From positions 2,108,001 to 2,172,000 of the forward strand of contig MU053758.1 in NCBI GenBank assembly GCA_013239625.1: a DNA stretch of 64,000 bases, given 5' to 3'. Shown here piece after piece: positions 1 through 13,559 of this stretch (the first letter of the stretch is position 1; each line of letters starts with the position of its first letter). The DNA is from Lama guanicoe (taxonomy: Eukaryota). A program made the position numbers and the translations under genes. The notes beneath the pieces are model-generated. The model was given only the letters and a program-made list of their open reading frames with translations, was not told the origin of the DNA and ran no database searches.

Positions 1-343
1 GTCACCTCCTCGTACTGGCTGTCCCCCACCACCAGAGCTAAATCAAACCAGTCCCTGTGGTCCAGTTTCACTTTCTTCACAGCACTTATCAGAACCTAAA
101 ATGTTTGTGTTGAGGTGGGGTGTGTCACCTCTCTCTCAACTAGAACAAGCCCCTTGAGGGCAGGGACCCTGTCTTGCTCACCGCTTCCCCACAGCATCTT
201 AACCGGGGGTGGGTGCTCTGTTCTCTTGACCCAGCAGCCAACACTGAGCCAGATTCTGACAGGAGAGAGACGGGAGAAGGTTCTGATGGTCAGCTGCATT
301 GGTTGGGCCAGGCCCTGGAGATGCAGGTGAGACAGTCACTAAC

Positions 344-495
344 CCTTCCCCGGTGAGGGCACAGCAGCCCTGTATATGCCATGGGTGGTCTTTGATGGCA
401 CTAAGAGTGAGGAATTGGGAGATCTCCACGGTGGTCATAGAGTCCTTCATGTCCTGCTTGTTGGCAAAGATCAGGACGGAAGCATCTCGAAGAGC
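344..495 (-). CDS. ARL5C: ARL5C exon 5 ([15 protein letters not shown]...[12 protein letters not shown]); final exon probably off-window
   Basis: NKQD G4 and CAL G5 motifs; CAG acceptor and GTTAGT donor. Confidence 0.93.
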
Positions 496-1032
496 CTGTG
501 GACAGAGGAGACCAGCCCCGGTCAGCCTGCTGGGACCTAGCCTCCCTTCCCCCTGCCCCTTGAGTCCTTCCTGGTTCTCCCGATTTCCCAGCAAGAGAGG
601 CCCATGCCCTGGTGCGGCAGGGATGGAGGCCCTGCCCAACAGTAGCAACCACATCAAATGACACTGACAGGTCATAGAATGCCTCCCAGCCAGCACATAG
701 AATCTTTACAACTGTCCCAGGAGGTAGAAATTTGATGATTCTCCCCAATTTATACTTGGGAAAATTGTGAATTAGAGAGGCAAAGTAACTTGTCTGGGGT
801 CCCACAATGAATGAGAGGTGGGATCAGGACTGAAATCAGCAACTCTGGCTTCTGTAATCAGTTGTGCTGAGGGCATTATTGCCCTTCCACTGGAATAATC
901 TAGCCTTACTCAGCCTGCTGGGATAGAGGCTCCCCAAGACTGGGGCATCAGGAATGATGCTCAGAGAGGCTAAGTGAGAAGACTGAGGTCACACAGCGAA
1001 TGACTGAGTCCTCTCCCAATTGCAAGGCTTAC

Positions 1033-1116
1033 CTCATGGGCCAGCATCTTATACAGCTCTTCCCGAGTGGTCAGCAGCCGATCCCGGTCTGTGCTGTCAA
1101 TCACAAGGATGATGAA
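1033..1116 (-). CDS. ARL5C: ARL5C exon 4 ([28 protein letters not shown])
   Basis: ARL5-type sequence, 84 nt, phase 0/0, CAG/GTAAG. Confidence 0.95.
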
Positions 1117-1374
1117 CTGGCCAGCAAAGGGGAATTGTGAGTGGTGGATTTCTCTTCAAAGAATGTGTCTCCTGCCCATTGTGCTCCCTCCCTGGCCTCT
1201 GCATCACTCTGATATGAGCCCCACAGAAAACAAACTGTCCAGTCTCAAGACTTCACTGCCCTCATCCCATTTTAATTCCCTTTTCTATCCAGACACAGGG
1301 TGTGCACAGCACAAGCTCAGATTGTGTGCCAGAGGCTATGCCAAGTACTGGGCAACCATGACTCCATCCAGGCC

Positions 1375-1520
1375 TCACCACAACCCTGTGGAACTGGAAT
1401 GCTTATTATCCCCATTTACAAACTAAGAGACTAAGGGTCAGAGGAGTGACATATCTTGCCCTCGGCCACACAGCCTAGGAGTGGCAGTGTTGGAGTATGA
1501 AATCAGCTCTCCCTCCAGGA
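1375..1520 (-). mobile_element. MIR SINE fragment
   Basis: ttattatccccatttaca...cttgccctcggccacacagc, reverse-complement MIR core; approximate. Confidence 0.55.
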
Positions 1521-1800
1521 ATGAAACCACCAGATTCTGTTGCTGCCAGAGAGAGAAAGACAAAGGGCCTACCCTAGCCAATGCATCAAACAGAAGGCTG
1601 TCAGGAAGTATTCAAAAATGTTAACAGGCATTGAGCTGTATTCAATGCGTATGCACCAGCTATTGTTTTATTATTTAATTTTCATAACAACTCAGAGAGG
1701 TCATTATTATGGTCTCCATCTCACAATAGGAGAACCAAGGCTCAGAGAAGTCAAGTGACTAATTATCACACAGCTCCTCCAGCCCAAGCACCCTCCTTAC

Positions 1801-1948
1801 CTCAGTGTTGGAGTAGTATGTGTTCCAGGTGGAACGCAGAGCCTCCTGTCCCCCTATGTCCCACATGAGGAAGTGGGTCTTTTGCAGAACAATCTCTTCC
1901 ACGTTGCTACCAATGGTGGGACATGTATGGACCACCTCATTCGTCAGG
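1801..1948 (-). CDS. ARL5C: ARL5C exon 3 ([18 protein letters not shown]...[21 protein letters not shown])
   Basis: Switch I PTIG and G3 WDIGGQ motifs; AG/GT boundaries. Confidence 0.95.
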
Positions 1949-2145
1949 CTGGGAAGGAAGAAGAGGGTATGAGCGCTCAGCCCAGTCCACACTCAGCTCT
2001 GGCCCCACCTTAAAGTCAGGCTGAATCTAACTCAGAACAACTCAGCCCCGCTTGACCCAGCCTTTGCTGGGCATGAGGGACTGCAGACAGGAGTGAGACC
2101 AAACCTTACCTGGCTTGGACCCCAGAGAGGAGAGATTTATTAGAG

Positions 2146-2294
2146 CAGTCACCCCAAACTTTAATATGCAGTTGAATCACCTGGGCATCTTGCTAAAATG
2201 CAGATTCTGATCCAGTGGGCCCCATTTTGTATTTCTAACAAACTTCCAGATAATGCCATCGCTGCTGCTCTGTGGACCACATTTTGAGTAGCAA
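2146..2294. mobile_element. MER5-like hAT DNA transposon remnant
   Basis: gaatcacctggg...aaaatgcagattct...tttctaacaa...ggaccacattttgagtagca matches recalled MER5A consensus. Confidence 0.7.
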
Positions 2295-3092
2295 GGGATC
2301 AGAAAAATGAGACAGACACAATGAGGGCCATCAGAGAGGGGCTTTTTTGAAAGTGACTTACAAAAGCACACGTTTTTATATGTGGGGAATGCCTCTGGAA
2401 AATCTGGGAACTAAAACTGGGAGTTAAGGATGAGAGGGAAACTTACTTTTCACTATATATGCCTGTATTGTTTGAATTTCTCTTTCCTTCTAATTAAAAA
2501 AATTTACATATATTACTTTTTAGGGGAAAATTTTCCCGAGTAAATACTCTGGAGGCTCCAAAATGGGTGAGATGCCATTCCAGGGAATGAATATCAGGAA
2601 ATGCTCCGATGGATAATTACCCAGCACATGTGCTAGACTCTGCTAGCCTAGGAGCTACAGAGCCCAGCCAGATCCAAACACAGTTCTTCCTTTTGGGTCT
2701 GGAGAAGGGAGAGAAAATTAAGACCCAAGGATTGGGTGCAAGAGTTAGAAAGGAGAGACCTGCCGCTAGGGGGAGCGAGGAGCAGGGAGACCACCGGGCA
2801 CGTTCCGACAGCGACAAGCCCGCAACCGGATTTGGCAGGGCCGGGGGTGGGGGGTGGAGGTAGATGGCGGGGAGCAGTGGGATTGCTCATACCGAGCAGG
2901 ATTCGAATGCCAGACCGATAAGCCACTGAATTGAGGGACCACTATACCAGGAAGGTCACACCAGCACTCCCCCAGTCATTCCTGCTACAGGGGAAACCAG
3001 GAACCCAAGGAAGGACTCCGGTGATTGGTCCAAGTGCCTGTCAGTCTAGTTGGAAAGGCCCAGCCCCCTCTCCCCATCCGAGAGTCACTTAC

Positions 3093-3153
3093 AACTGGTA
3101 GAGAATAGTGGTCTTTCCTGCATTGTCTAGTCCCACGATGATAACCTTGCGCT
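3093..3153 (-). CDS. ARL5C: ARL5C exon 2 ([21 protein letters not shown]; P-loop)
   Basis: GLDNAGKT G1 motif; CAG acceptor and GTAAGT donor; phases fit neighbours. Confidence 0.95.
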
Positions 3154-3479
3154 CTGGAGGTATCCGGGAGAAGGACAGAGTCAGGACTAAATCCCATGCC
3201 CAAGGGACTGTGTGCCCCACCAGGCCTCCCAGGAAGGAGACAAGTGTTCCCAGCAGGCTGGGGGACCTCTACCCACCGTACTACTTCTGCTCCCCGGCCC
3301 CCTTCCCCCGCAGAAAAGCCAACAGGACAGGTTTCTTTCCCGTCGGGCCCTGGACACCTGCGCCATTCTCGGACAGTGGAAATGAGAGCTGAGCCCCACT
3401 TTCCTCGCTCCACATTTCCAGAAAAGCGATTGTGCGAAAGGTCGAGGGGCTCAGAACTTGCCAAGAGAAGGGGTCTGGG

Positions 3480-3990
3480 GAGAGCCGAGCGTGAAGTCAC
3501 AATAGCAGGAAACAGGAGGCGGCTTTTAGCCAAAGGAAGAAGGCTGTCCCAGCCCCGCGCCCCAGGGCGCACCGAAGCCTGCGATCCGCGAGGAGTAGGC
3601 GGAGAGGGGGCAGGGAAAACTGCGGAGCAGGCGGGGAACCACCATGCAGGACTCTCCGAGCCCAAGGTCTCCCAGCGCATCCGCCCAGGAGTCTCCAGAT
3701 CGGGGACCCTCAGGTGGGAGCCGGATCAAAATGGTGGCTTTGATGCCCTGTGCGCCCCTTACCCTGTTTCCCGAATATGCCCATCAATTTGGCGATCAGT
3801 TGTCCCATAACGCGTCAGGAGTCAGACAGGGTCGGGACTCCACCGCCTTCGGGGGCCGGGTTAAGCCGGGGTGCTTGGAGCCCCGCCCCCCGGGGAGGGC
3901 CGGGCGAGCTTTGCCTAGGAGGTAACGGAAGCCCCACAAGTCCCCAGAGGGGCGTGGGAATCCCCTAGGACGCTGGCCCCTCGAGCGCTG
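3480..3990 (-). promoter_or_regulatory. CpG-rich promoter/first-exon region of ARL5C
   Basis: High CpG density around exon 1; boundaries approximate. Confidence 0.6.
3763..3808 (-). CDS. ARL5C: ARL5C coding exon 1 (MGQLIAKLMGIFGKQ)
   Basis: ATG at 3808-3806, Gly2 myristoylation-type ARF N-terminus, phase-1 GTAAG donor, CpG-rich context. Confidence 0.93.
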
Positions 3991-6849
3991 TGGGCATCAC
4001 CGTGACAACAAGCTACTTGTCCAGAGCACTGGAGGTGCAAGAAAAATGGGGTCCAGATTTTACATCCTTCCCTGTGCCCCGAGAAAACTCCATCGTTCTC
4101 TGGATGGACTAGTCTCCATTGCAAATCAAGGAGACCTAGCACAGGGGCCCACAACTGGATGCCAGCTCTCCATTCTCCAAGTGCCATTTCTGGGGCACTA
4201 GACAAGCAAAACCCTAGGCCACCCACTTTCTGTACTAGCTGTGGGAAGCAGGCAGGGCCCACTGATCCTCTCTGAGCTGGGAAGACAATCCAACCCTCAA
4301 CAGATCTCTAGCTGTTTCACCACTGTGGGTCTTGTAGGCCTACTCAGAGTGAGCTTCCCTAAGGGCAGGGTGTCCCCTCCTTTTCCAGGCCCTTTGGTGA
4401 TAGGCAACTTCTAGGAGCAAACGAGCTCTGCTTCTGTGATTCACTGACAAATCAACTGCCTGGGCACAGCTTTCTGATTCCCAGGGAGGGGACATCTGAA
4501 GACAAAGATGGAGCAAAAAGAGAGCTCTCTCAGCTAGAGACCTTACAAAGGAGTCCAGGATGCTAAGACCTAGCAGAGGAGAACCTGGGCCAAGAGACAG
4601 CCAGGCTGAAGGAGAGAAAGGAAGGGGAAGCCGCTTGTTTTTTGTGAATTTCCTTCTTTGCTTAAACTGGGAAAAACCAGAAGACAAAAAGAGAAGTAGG
4701 GAAGGCAACCAACCTCAGGCTGAGGGGGCGGTTAAGAGAGACCAGCCACCATGCAGGAGACTCGGCTCCTTCCATCCCAGTGCCACTGCCCTCCTACAGC
4801 CCATCGGTGCTCCCCTCCACCAAGGGAACGACCTTGTATCTCCTCTCTCTGCTTCTGCCACCTTTTTACCCAGGGCAACCTTCTCACAGCCCTATTAACT
4901 TTCCTAAAGCACAGCTCAGAGTCTGTTACTCTACAGCTCATAAAACTTCAATGGTTCCCTATTGCCCACTGGATTCAGATCAGTCTCCTCACCTGACATT
5001 GAAGAGCTTCCATGAACAGCCCTCACCTGCCTTTGCAGGTTGTCCCACAGGCTCTGCATTCACTGGTCCCTGCCCACACGTGCTCAGCTCTTTCCAACTA
5101 TGCTTTTGCTTCTGCGTGTTCTCCACCCAAATATCTTTCAACTTCTCAGAAAGGTGGGTTCCTGAGTCCTTGAAAATGTGTCTGCCATAGAAGTCACCTG
5201 CTTCCCAAACTCTGGCATGGATCTCCAGCCAAATGGGGCTTCTCTCTATGCTGAGATTGTAAGTGGCATGTCTGCTTTGGCCAATCAACTGTGAGTCCTA
5301 GAGGGCCGGGTCATGTCATGTTGACCTGTGTGCTCCCTCTGCTCCCTGCCTGGCCCAGGGCCTGGCACCCTGTGGGTACTACTGGATTGAAGGGCCATAT
5401 GTTAAATTACAGCCCGAGAAATGGTGTTCGGAGTGTTAAAAAAAAAAAAGGAGTATGAGCAGGAGGTGAAGAGGACTGAGGAAGGCTGGGAAGTTTGTGG
5501 AGAGAAGAGGGAAGAGTTCACTAAACACAGAATCTTCATCCCACCCAGGATGGTGCCCAGAGTTCGAAGGAAGGAGAATTGACTATCAGAGCCCATCTGT
5601 GCTGATTCCATTTCAGCCCCAGGCATAAAAGGGCCGGGGATGTGCCTGGGTGGGGTAGGGTAGGGGTGCAGAAAGGTGTGAGGGAAACAGCCATGTTTTA
5701 AACATTTTTACCATCTGTTTCCTGGGCGGGGAGTTGGGGAAGAAACCTCTCAGTGCATCCTGCCCCCACTACCACCAGAAATTGCAGAATTGAAAGTGAC
5801 ATCCTAGCTAGCTGGAGCACATTTGGTAAACAGACAAGAGCTCCTGTGAGGCCCACAGCCTGGATCTTAGTTGGGGGCACTCATTCATTTACTCATCCAC
5901 TTGATGAATGGGAGCCAGGAATTAGGAAACATGCTAAGTAGATAAAACAGACCCTGTCTGGGTCTTCTGGAGCTTGCTATCTATTTAGGGAGACAAATAC
6001 ACTTACCAAAAATCAAAAAACAAAACAACAACAACAAAAAAGAACCCCTGAGAGACAGAAGGTGGGAAGGCCTGATTTAGAAGGAAGCCAAGGCACACTT
6101 CTCTGAAGATATGATTATTGAAGCTAAGACAAGACTTTTCTTGAGGGCACTTTAATGGAACAGCCCCTCCCTCCCAGGCCCTGGTAGCCTCAACTCAGCT
6201 CCCTTTTTTTTAGGATGGTGAAAACCTTCAGCCTCTCCAACCTCACCTCACACTGGGGCAGAACCTACTGCAAAGACAGAAGCAGCTGGTCAGGGAGGGA
6301 GAGTAGGGAACTGAACAGGAGGGGTCCCCAGTGCCTCAGTTCCTAGTCCCTGAGGCGGCTGTGGTAGCAGCACCAGCCTCTCTGAGCCTAGTCCCAGCCG
6401 ACTTCGTGGTTATTGAGATCCTCACATGTTGACAACCACCAACGTGCTTACCGTGTGTTGGTTGAGGGCTTGTGGTTACCGAGAGATGAGAATCTCTCTC
6501 TCTCTTCATTTCTCAGTATCTTCAAGTCACCTAGAAATGCCCCTGCCTGCAAGTTCTGGGCAAAAGTAAGTTCAGGCAGAAGGCATATGGAGAGATGACA
6601 GAAACATACTCAGACACCGGCTTCCTCCTCCTCCGCATCCCTCTCCTTGCAGAAGCTGGGGCATCCCACGGCAGGAGAATTAGCACAAGACTTGGGGGGT
6701 CACGGACACCGCAGAACTTGAAATCCAAAGATCTCAGTTTGAGTCTTTGCTCAATGGCTGCGTAACTGTGGACAAGTTGCTTAACCTCACTGAGCTTTAT
6801 CTGTAAACTGAAGCTAGTAATCCCTGCCTTTGATTCAAAATATCAGGCT

Positions 6850-7660
6850 CCACTGCAGATGGAGTTCTCTGCAGAGCCCCAGACCAAGCACTCAGCTGTT
6901 TTCTGCTCTTCTCCTCTTGGATGTCTTCCCACAGGGACCTTAAACCCACCTTGTCCAAAGCTAAATATCATTTCTGCTTCTAACCTATTTTTTTCACCTG
7001 CTTCCTCTATGTCTGGGAAGACCATCACCCACGGTCATCCCAGGCGCCTCCTTTTCTCTCACTGGCCGCCTCTAATCGTTTTCCGAGAGTTCTCAATCCT
7101 AACTGCTAGATGTTTCCATCGCCTCCTTCCCCATTCCACGGCGAACCCTCCTCATTTCTCACCTAGAGGATTGCAACTGTTTCCCCCCTCCAGTCTACGC
7201 TCCAAACCACAGCAAGGGCAATCTCGCATCGCTGCTCACCATCCTTCAATTTCTGCACACCAGCTCCAGGACAGAGTCCAAACTCCTTAACATGACTCAA
7301 GGCCCACTGTGACCTGCTCCTGCTGGCCCCTCTCTTACCACTACCTTGAGAACATACTTTGCTAGTAAAGTGCCAAGAATGGGTCATGCATGTCACCTGA
7401 TTCCTTTTGCCTTGAACACTTCCCCTCCTTTGCTCAGGTTAACTCTTAACCAGTCTTCTAGACTCCACTCCTCCAGGAAACCTCTCCCGACCTCCCCAGG
7501 TTAAGGCAGTGATCCCCTCTTTCAGGTTCTCCCAGGACCCAGTGCTTCCTGCATCAGAGAGCTTGCTGTGTGGTCCTGAATTGTCTGTGGCTCCCACTTA
7601 GACTTGTGCCTGGTACATAGTAGGTCCTCAATAAATGTTTGTTCAATGAATAAACATGGG
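6850..7660. mobile_element. LINE2 3' fragments
   Basis: L2-like pyrimidine-rich sequence ending gtgcctggtacatagtaggtcctcaataaatgtttgttcaatgaat; approximate. Confidence 0.5.
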
Positions 7661-10033
7661 AAGGAAGGATTGATTCCACCAAAAGGCAGTGAGAAGAGCA
7701 CTATGATGTGAGGCAGACTGGGCTCCAGTCCCAGCGGTGCCAGCTTTGCCATCACCTCCTTGTGGACTGTGGGTGGACCAGCCACTTGGCCTGTGGGCCT
7801 GCCCAGTTCCTCTCCTTGTGTTTGCTAACACCTCATCTGGAGGGTCTGGATGTCTGTGGCCCTTGACCCACACACACGCAAACACATGCTTTGGGCAGGA
7901 GCATGTGGGACTGGACAGGAGCTCTAGTCCTCCAGGTCCACCACCCCAAAAACAAGAATCAGGAGAGTGGAGAAATGGTTTGTGGGTGCAGTGTGATGCA
8001 GGCTACAGATGACAGCAGTAACAACCATCAGAAGTCCACATCCTGCCAGCTGGTGACGGCAGTAACTGGCATTGTCACCTGCTGATTTTCTTCCTTGCTC
8101 TTGATTGTTAGGTCTCTCAGGCTGGGGCTGCGGGAATTTCAGATTCTCGACCCCGCACCACGGAGACCTCCTCCCCTCCCACAAGGCTGGTCAGCAGGGG
8201 CTGGGGGGATAGCTGTGGGGCATCACTGGAGGGAGCAGCTCAGCGCCTCCCTCTCCTGAGGTGTTGGGGAGCAGCTGAGGCCACAGGAACAGAAACACAA
8301 GCACGTGCCTCGAAGACAGCGTGTCAGCGGGTCTAGATCTCACCCTACTTCCCCTCCTCAGCTTCCCATTTTCCCGCCTCTACTGATGCGGAGGTGGACC
8401 GGACGAGGGGCTTGGGGCTGAGTGGAGAGCTCAGACAGGCCATGAAGCTCCTGTCAGGCTTGAACATAATGCATCAGAGAGCCGCAAAACCAAGCACCAT
8501 TCTCCTGCTGAGTGAACAATTCAGGCCACAGCTTATTCCTGTGCCCAATCCCTCGCTCTCCCTCCCTGCCGGTGGGCAGCTCCCACACGTCTAGATGGCA
8601 ACTGTACGGTGGGAACAAAGAAGCAGGCTCAGGAGGCGGCCACAAAGGACAGGACGGCGGTTTTATATGTGGCAAAATACTTCTCCTAGGGGAGTACAGA
8701 GGAACAGACGGACAGATGGGGGCATGACACCAGACAGGGAGGGGGAAAGGTTGGGCAGTGGTGTCTTCTAACCAGTAAGTGGAAGCTGCACCCCACTCCC
8801 GGGTGGGACAACATTGGCACAGGAGGTGGCGAGACAGGCATGAAGTGCCCATCCCTGAGGCAGGCAGCCGGGCAGGGCCCCGTCCTCGTTGGCACAGTCG
8901 GCTCTCTCTGACCCAGCAGGGTGCTGGGGAGGGGGGCAGGGCTGCTGAGCTATGGGGATCCTAGGCAGAGGGACACTCAGGGCAGAGGAGGTATCAAGGC
9001 CTCTCCTGGGGGGAGTGGACATGGGTGAAGGACAGGATCACAAGAGGCAAATACAGAGCAGCAGCAGCAGCAGCCAAGCCCCCCAGGGGAGATCCGAGGT
9101 CCCAAGGCAACCCCTGGGGTGGTGATTACTTCTGGGGCACCAACCCACAGGGCCTCTCCCCTGGGGCCTCAGAGTGAGAGTGAAGGAGCAGTTTTTTGGT
9201 TTCAAAATGAGACAGACCAGAGTATTCCATGGGCTCCACACCCAGGTGACATGGGGATTCAGGGGGGCTCAGATGCAGAGGACCCCCCCTCTTCTGATGG
9301 CAGCAGGCAAGGGATGTTGTAGGCAAAGCTCATTCCTGGGGTAGGCAGAGGCTGAGGCATGGAGGTGGTGGGGCAGGTAGCAGCATCGGGTTACCCCCTC
9401 CTCAGGGTTCTAGGTTCTGGGCGGGCAGAGGGCACTACTGATGCCTGCCAGTTTCCACTCAGACCACTCCCCAAGACAAGCTCCCCACGGGGCTTCCATG
9501 CTGTAGCTTTCACTCCCAGACAATGCTGCCAGAAACCTGGGGGGAGGGGTGGGCATGATGAGGGACCCTGGATCTAGGGTTTGGGGAAGAGAGCCATCAT
9601 GGGAAAGAGTCTGTAGTCTCCCTCTCCAGGAAAAGCCCCCACCTACCCTTCCCAAATACTCTAGGTTGGAAAAAGAAAGGGCCATCCCATTCAGGACCCT
9701 CATTTAGAGCCCGGAGTAGAAGGAGTTAAGGAAGTGCACCTTTTCTCTGGGTGAGGGGAGAGAGCCCCCTGAGGTGGGGAAGGGGACACTGGAGAAAGGT
9801 GGGCATCCCCTTGTCCATCCACAGCAAGTAGGTAAAAACCTACAGCTGGGGCTTAAGGGACTCCCAGGAGCCGGGTGGGATGTTACCACTTAAGAAACCC
9901 CAAACATTGAGCAAAGGCATCTGAGAGGAGACAGCGCCCCCTGGAGGCAGGATACATCCCCACTGGTGAGCCCCTTCGTCCCTCCCATCCCCTGGGCCCA
10001 GAGCCCTTCCTCCCTCGGTATGGGCCCTGCCTC

Positions 10034-10498
10034 TCAGCGGATGTATACACCCCGCCCCCAGCCCTCCAGCTCATTCTTGTTGCGCCCGAGAACTGGACCC
10101 CCGCCCTCCGCGCAGTAGCGGGCCTTATTCCGGCCGCGGTTCCGGTTGTCGGTCAGCTCCTCTTCATAGTCTTCTTCTTCATCCTCCCAGGATCCCTGTC
10201 GGGCTGGTGGAGTGCTGCCCCCTGCAGGGTCTCCAAGCCCTGGCCCCTCGGAGGGGTCAGTCTCCATGTCCACACACGAGTCTCCCAGCTCCGTGTAGGC
10301 AGAGTTTCGGTTGCCAGAGGTGTCGGCATCAAACGTGTCTTGGCGGGGCAGTGCCCGCAGGGTGCCCGCCCGGCCTGGCGGGTGGCTGCTGGAGTAAAGG
10401 CCTGGGGGCTGGCCCAGCTCTCCCGGGTACTCGTGCACGCTGGCATGCTCCCCGGTGGCCCGTTCCAGTGACTGGTCCCCGGAAGCAAGGTAGGGTCC
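10034..10498 (-). CDS. CACNB1: CACNB1 terminal exon 14 (beta1b C-terminus GPYLASGDQ...GWGRGVYIR*)
   Basis: Matches CaV beta1b C-terminus; CAG acceptor at 10499-10501; TGA at 10034-10036. Confidence 0.96.
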   Translation of the reverse strand, partial: GPYLASGDQSLERATGEHASVHEYPGELGQPPGLYSSSHPPGRAGTLRALPRQDTFDADTSGNRNSAYTELGDSCVDMETDPSEGPGLGDPAGGSTPPARQGSWEDEEEDYEEELTDNRNRGRNKARYCAEGGGPVLGRNKNELEGWGRGVYIR

Positions 10499-12177
10499 CT
10501 GGTTAGCAGACAGACGGCACACACCATGCAGATCAGGCAGGGGTGAGAGAAACACAACAAAGCAACGCAGGTTAGTGACGGCACCAAGACACCCAGCCTG
10601 GCTTAAGGAGGAGGGTGCTGGCCCCAGGGGATGGGCAGCCAGCAAATGGCTCTAGAGCCCAGCCAGAGGACAGAACTCAAGGCATTTGCTTCTCTATTAG
10701 GATAGGGGGAACCGGGAACCCAACCTTCTTAAGGTGTGAGGAGGCGCGAACTCTCCTGGTAACCATGGTAGAGAACCCATGGACGATTAGTCATAGCTTC
10801 AAGACACGTCATTAACGCTGTCTTGGGGAAAATCATCATTAACAGCTCATTAGTATAGCCACTTGTTAGTGGTTGATTGAGTTAGTCATTGCCCCAGTTT
10901 CCCAAATATATGAAGGGGGGATTTCAACTCCAGCTCATTAACCCCAGCTCCTTCAGCCCAACCAGACTCTAATCACAGGCTTCGGGAAACCCACACTTCC
11001 TCCCACCCATTCCCTAGTCAGGTGACTCTCTCCAAGGTTGATGGGATTCCTCGCTTGCCCCCAACAAAGACTCAATGCTTCAGAGGGGGAAGGCTGATGG
11101 GTCTCTATCCCCCACCAGCAATGATGAGATGGCCCAATGTCCTCAGCACCAAATGCCACATGAAGGTGATCTGATGGTCACAGCCATCATGGATGCTCCT
11201 GGGTGGGGCGCAAAGAGGCCTGGGTTCTAGTCCCATCCCCTGCCACTTCAAGTTGTGTGACCTTGAGCAACTGACTCCCCTCTCAATGACCCAGTTTCTC
11301 TGTGGCAGTGTGATGGGGATTAGCCTAGAGCAGCAGTTTCCAAACTATTCCCCAGAGATCTGGGGAGGGTGGACAGGGCACAGAAGTCTTCAGGGGTCGC
11401 CATGGAGGGGAAGTGGAGGCCAAGCAGCTAGCTCCCTCCTAGCAGAGCAAGGATGGCTTATCTAATAATACTGAGCTTCCACATAAGATTCAGTGAACAA
11501 ATGGCCTCTGGTGCTGAAAACACATTTAAAAAGCAATGGTCTAGAATGATTTCATGGGTTTCTTCTGGCTCTAATCTAGAACCCAATACTTAATGGTCTG
11601 ATCTCAGAGACAGGCCGTGTGGCTCCCATGGGAGGAGGTCTAGGCAGGGTGAGGCACTCACCAGAGGGCCTTTCCTGGAATCTGTTTAGAGTGGAAGGTT
11701 CTGCATCAACTCATAGAAAATGTTTCATTTTGGGGCCCGTCTGAGAAACCTCGAGGGATTAGGGCTCTGCAAGAGGGGGCAGTCTCTCTGGTTTTAATGG
11801 CCCTGCTCTGTGGGATTTCCTGAGTCTGAGGGCCCTTGCTCTGATGGGTCTAAAATGCTATGACCTCTATTGGGTCTAAAATGGGTGTGCACTCCAGCAA
11901 ATGAATATATAGGTCTTCCTGTTTTCTTTCTAGTCACTTGTCTTATGAGGCCCCTAATTAGGCCTCATATCCAAAGTCCCTGAAGCAGCAGATGAAGTCC
12001 TATGGGACCAGGCCCAGGAAGGCACCACCAGCCAGCCCCAATCCCATCAAAAACCACAGACACCAGAAGCTGCCACTCACCACATTTTTTACAAAATAAA
12101 ACTTCCGTTCCTTCCCCATGTTCCCTGCACTCCAGTTCCTTCCAAGCCCTGGGCGGGAGGGGAGATGGGTGGGGCAC

Positions 12178-12282
12178 CTACATTGTGTGCTCCTGCTGCT
12201 GGGGCACTGCCCTGGCCCTCTGCGAGGCCTCCAGCCCGCCCCAGAAGCTCAGATTTCTCCTGAGTGAGGTGAGCACCTGTAC
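12178..12282 (-). CDS. CACNB1: CACNB1 exon 13 read-through extension (beta1a/c C-terminus [22 protein letters not shown]...EHTM*)
   Basis: Open frame past the donor to TAG; matches known beta1a tail. Confidence 0.9.
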   Translation of the reverse strand, partial: VQVLTSLRRNLSFWGGLEASQRARAVPQQQEHTM

Positions 12283-12468
12283 CTGGAGGTTGGAGACAGG
12301 GGCAGGGCTGGCAGCCAGGGCTGCAGTAGCCATGGTGCGGTTCAGCAGCGGATTGGGTGGAGTGCTGCTGGGCGGGTGTGTGGCCTTCCAATAGGCTTCC
12401 AAGTACTCGGCCAAGTGCTCGCAGGCATCCTCCAATTGGTTCTCATCCAGGATGATGTCAAACATTTC
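12283..12468 (-). CDS. CACNB1: CACNB1 exon 13 ([31 protein letters not shown]...SNLQ)
   Basis: End of GK domain; internal GTACAG donor at 12282. Confidence 0.96.
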
Positions 12469-12724
12469 CTGTGGAGGCGGGGTTAAGGGTGGGGCTGGGA
12501 TGAGCTGGGCGTGACCAAGGGGTGAGGGTGTGGCCTGGGGGCAGTGGGTGGAGTCGAGGGGTTGAAGGACAAAGTTAAAAAGAAACCTCTGTATGTCCAG
12601 GAAGAGGAGGGTTCCCAGATATCTAATTTGACAGAACTCCAACTCCTTCATTCTACATATAAGGCAACCAAGGTGTGGAGGGGTGCTTAACTCCCCAAAG
12701 AGAAGTGGTGCTTCTGGGGCTAGT

Positions 12725-12826
12725 TCTTTTTCTTTTTTTCCCCTTAATGGAGGCACGGGGGATTGAACCCTGGACCTCATGCAAGCCAAGCACGTGCTCT
12801 ATCACTGAGCTATACCCCCAACCCCC
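12725..12826 (-). mobile_element. tRNA-derived SINE (Vic-1-like, camelid)
   Basis: Reverse complement of gggtatagctcagtgatagagcacgtgcttggcttgcatgaggtccagggttcaatcccc with A-rich tail. Confidence 0.8.
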
Positions 12827-12988
12827 TACTTCCGGGGCTTGAACGCAGTCTGTGACTGCCTGTCTCACACTCTTTTCTGCACCTAAGGACGGGGCCCAAG
12901 TGTTCCTGGTCACCCTCTCATGAAGGCCAGAGGAAACCAGGAGAACCCAAATGCCCCCCTTCCCCTTCCTCTGGGTCTAAGCACTCAC

Positions 12989-13084
12989 GGGGGGACACTG
13001 CGCCAGCTTCTCCGAGGCTGCAATTTGGACATTGAGGTGTTTGGACTGAGACTTCCCTCGAGACTTGATGAGCCTCTGAAGTAC
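12989..13084 (-). CDS. CACNB1: CACNB1 exon 12 ([32 protein letters not shown])
   Basis: GK domain; CAG/GTGAGT. Confidence 0.96.
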
Positions 13085-13559
13085 CTGGTTTGTAGGGGGA
13101 GAGAAGGAGCTAGAGGGACCTCACAATGCACCAAGCCAGAGAGGCAGATGCTGGTTGGAGCCAGAGTGGACAGGCAGTATCAGGGAGGGGGATGTGCCAT
13201 GACTCTCAGCCCGGCCGCCGCTTCAGAAATGACCTCACCAGCACTGTGTCCATCCTACACGATGCTCAGGCTCTCTCCTGGGTCTCAGGCCAGCCTCTTC
13301 TGGAAAGTTCTAGCAGTGGATGTATGCAGGGCAGTGATTCTCCTTCTCAGCTCCTCTAACCTTCTTTATAGGCTTCATTCTCAGGGCCAACTTCCCCTCC
13401 ACGTTAACGGCAGCAACCATTCTTTATAGGGACACTCTCTATGTGCTGGCGCTATTCTGTGCTTTTTACATGATCAATTCATTTCATCCTGATGATCATC
13501 CCATTATGCAGCCACTATTATTATTCTTACCTCAACCATAACAATAATGATAATGATAG

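Noticed and set aside
199..343. Read-through of ARL5C exon 5 as the true C-terminus
   Set aside because: No ARF-like terminal helix, and a donor sits at the conserved position; the final exon is probably off-window.
2985..3810. Long ORFs of 231 aa (-) and 204 aa (+) over the ARL5C 5' region
   Set aside because: GC-rich stop-poor sequence with no recognisable domain.
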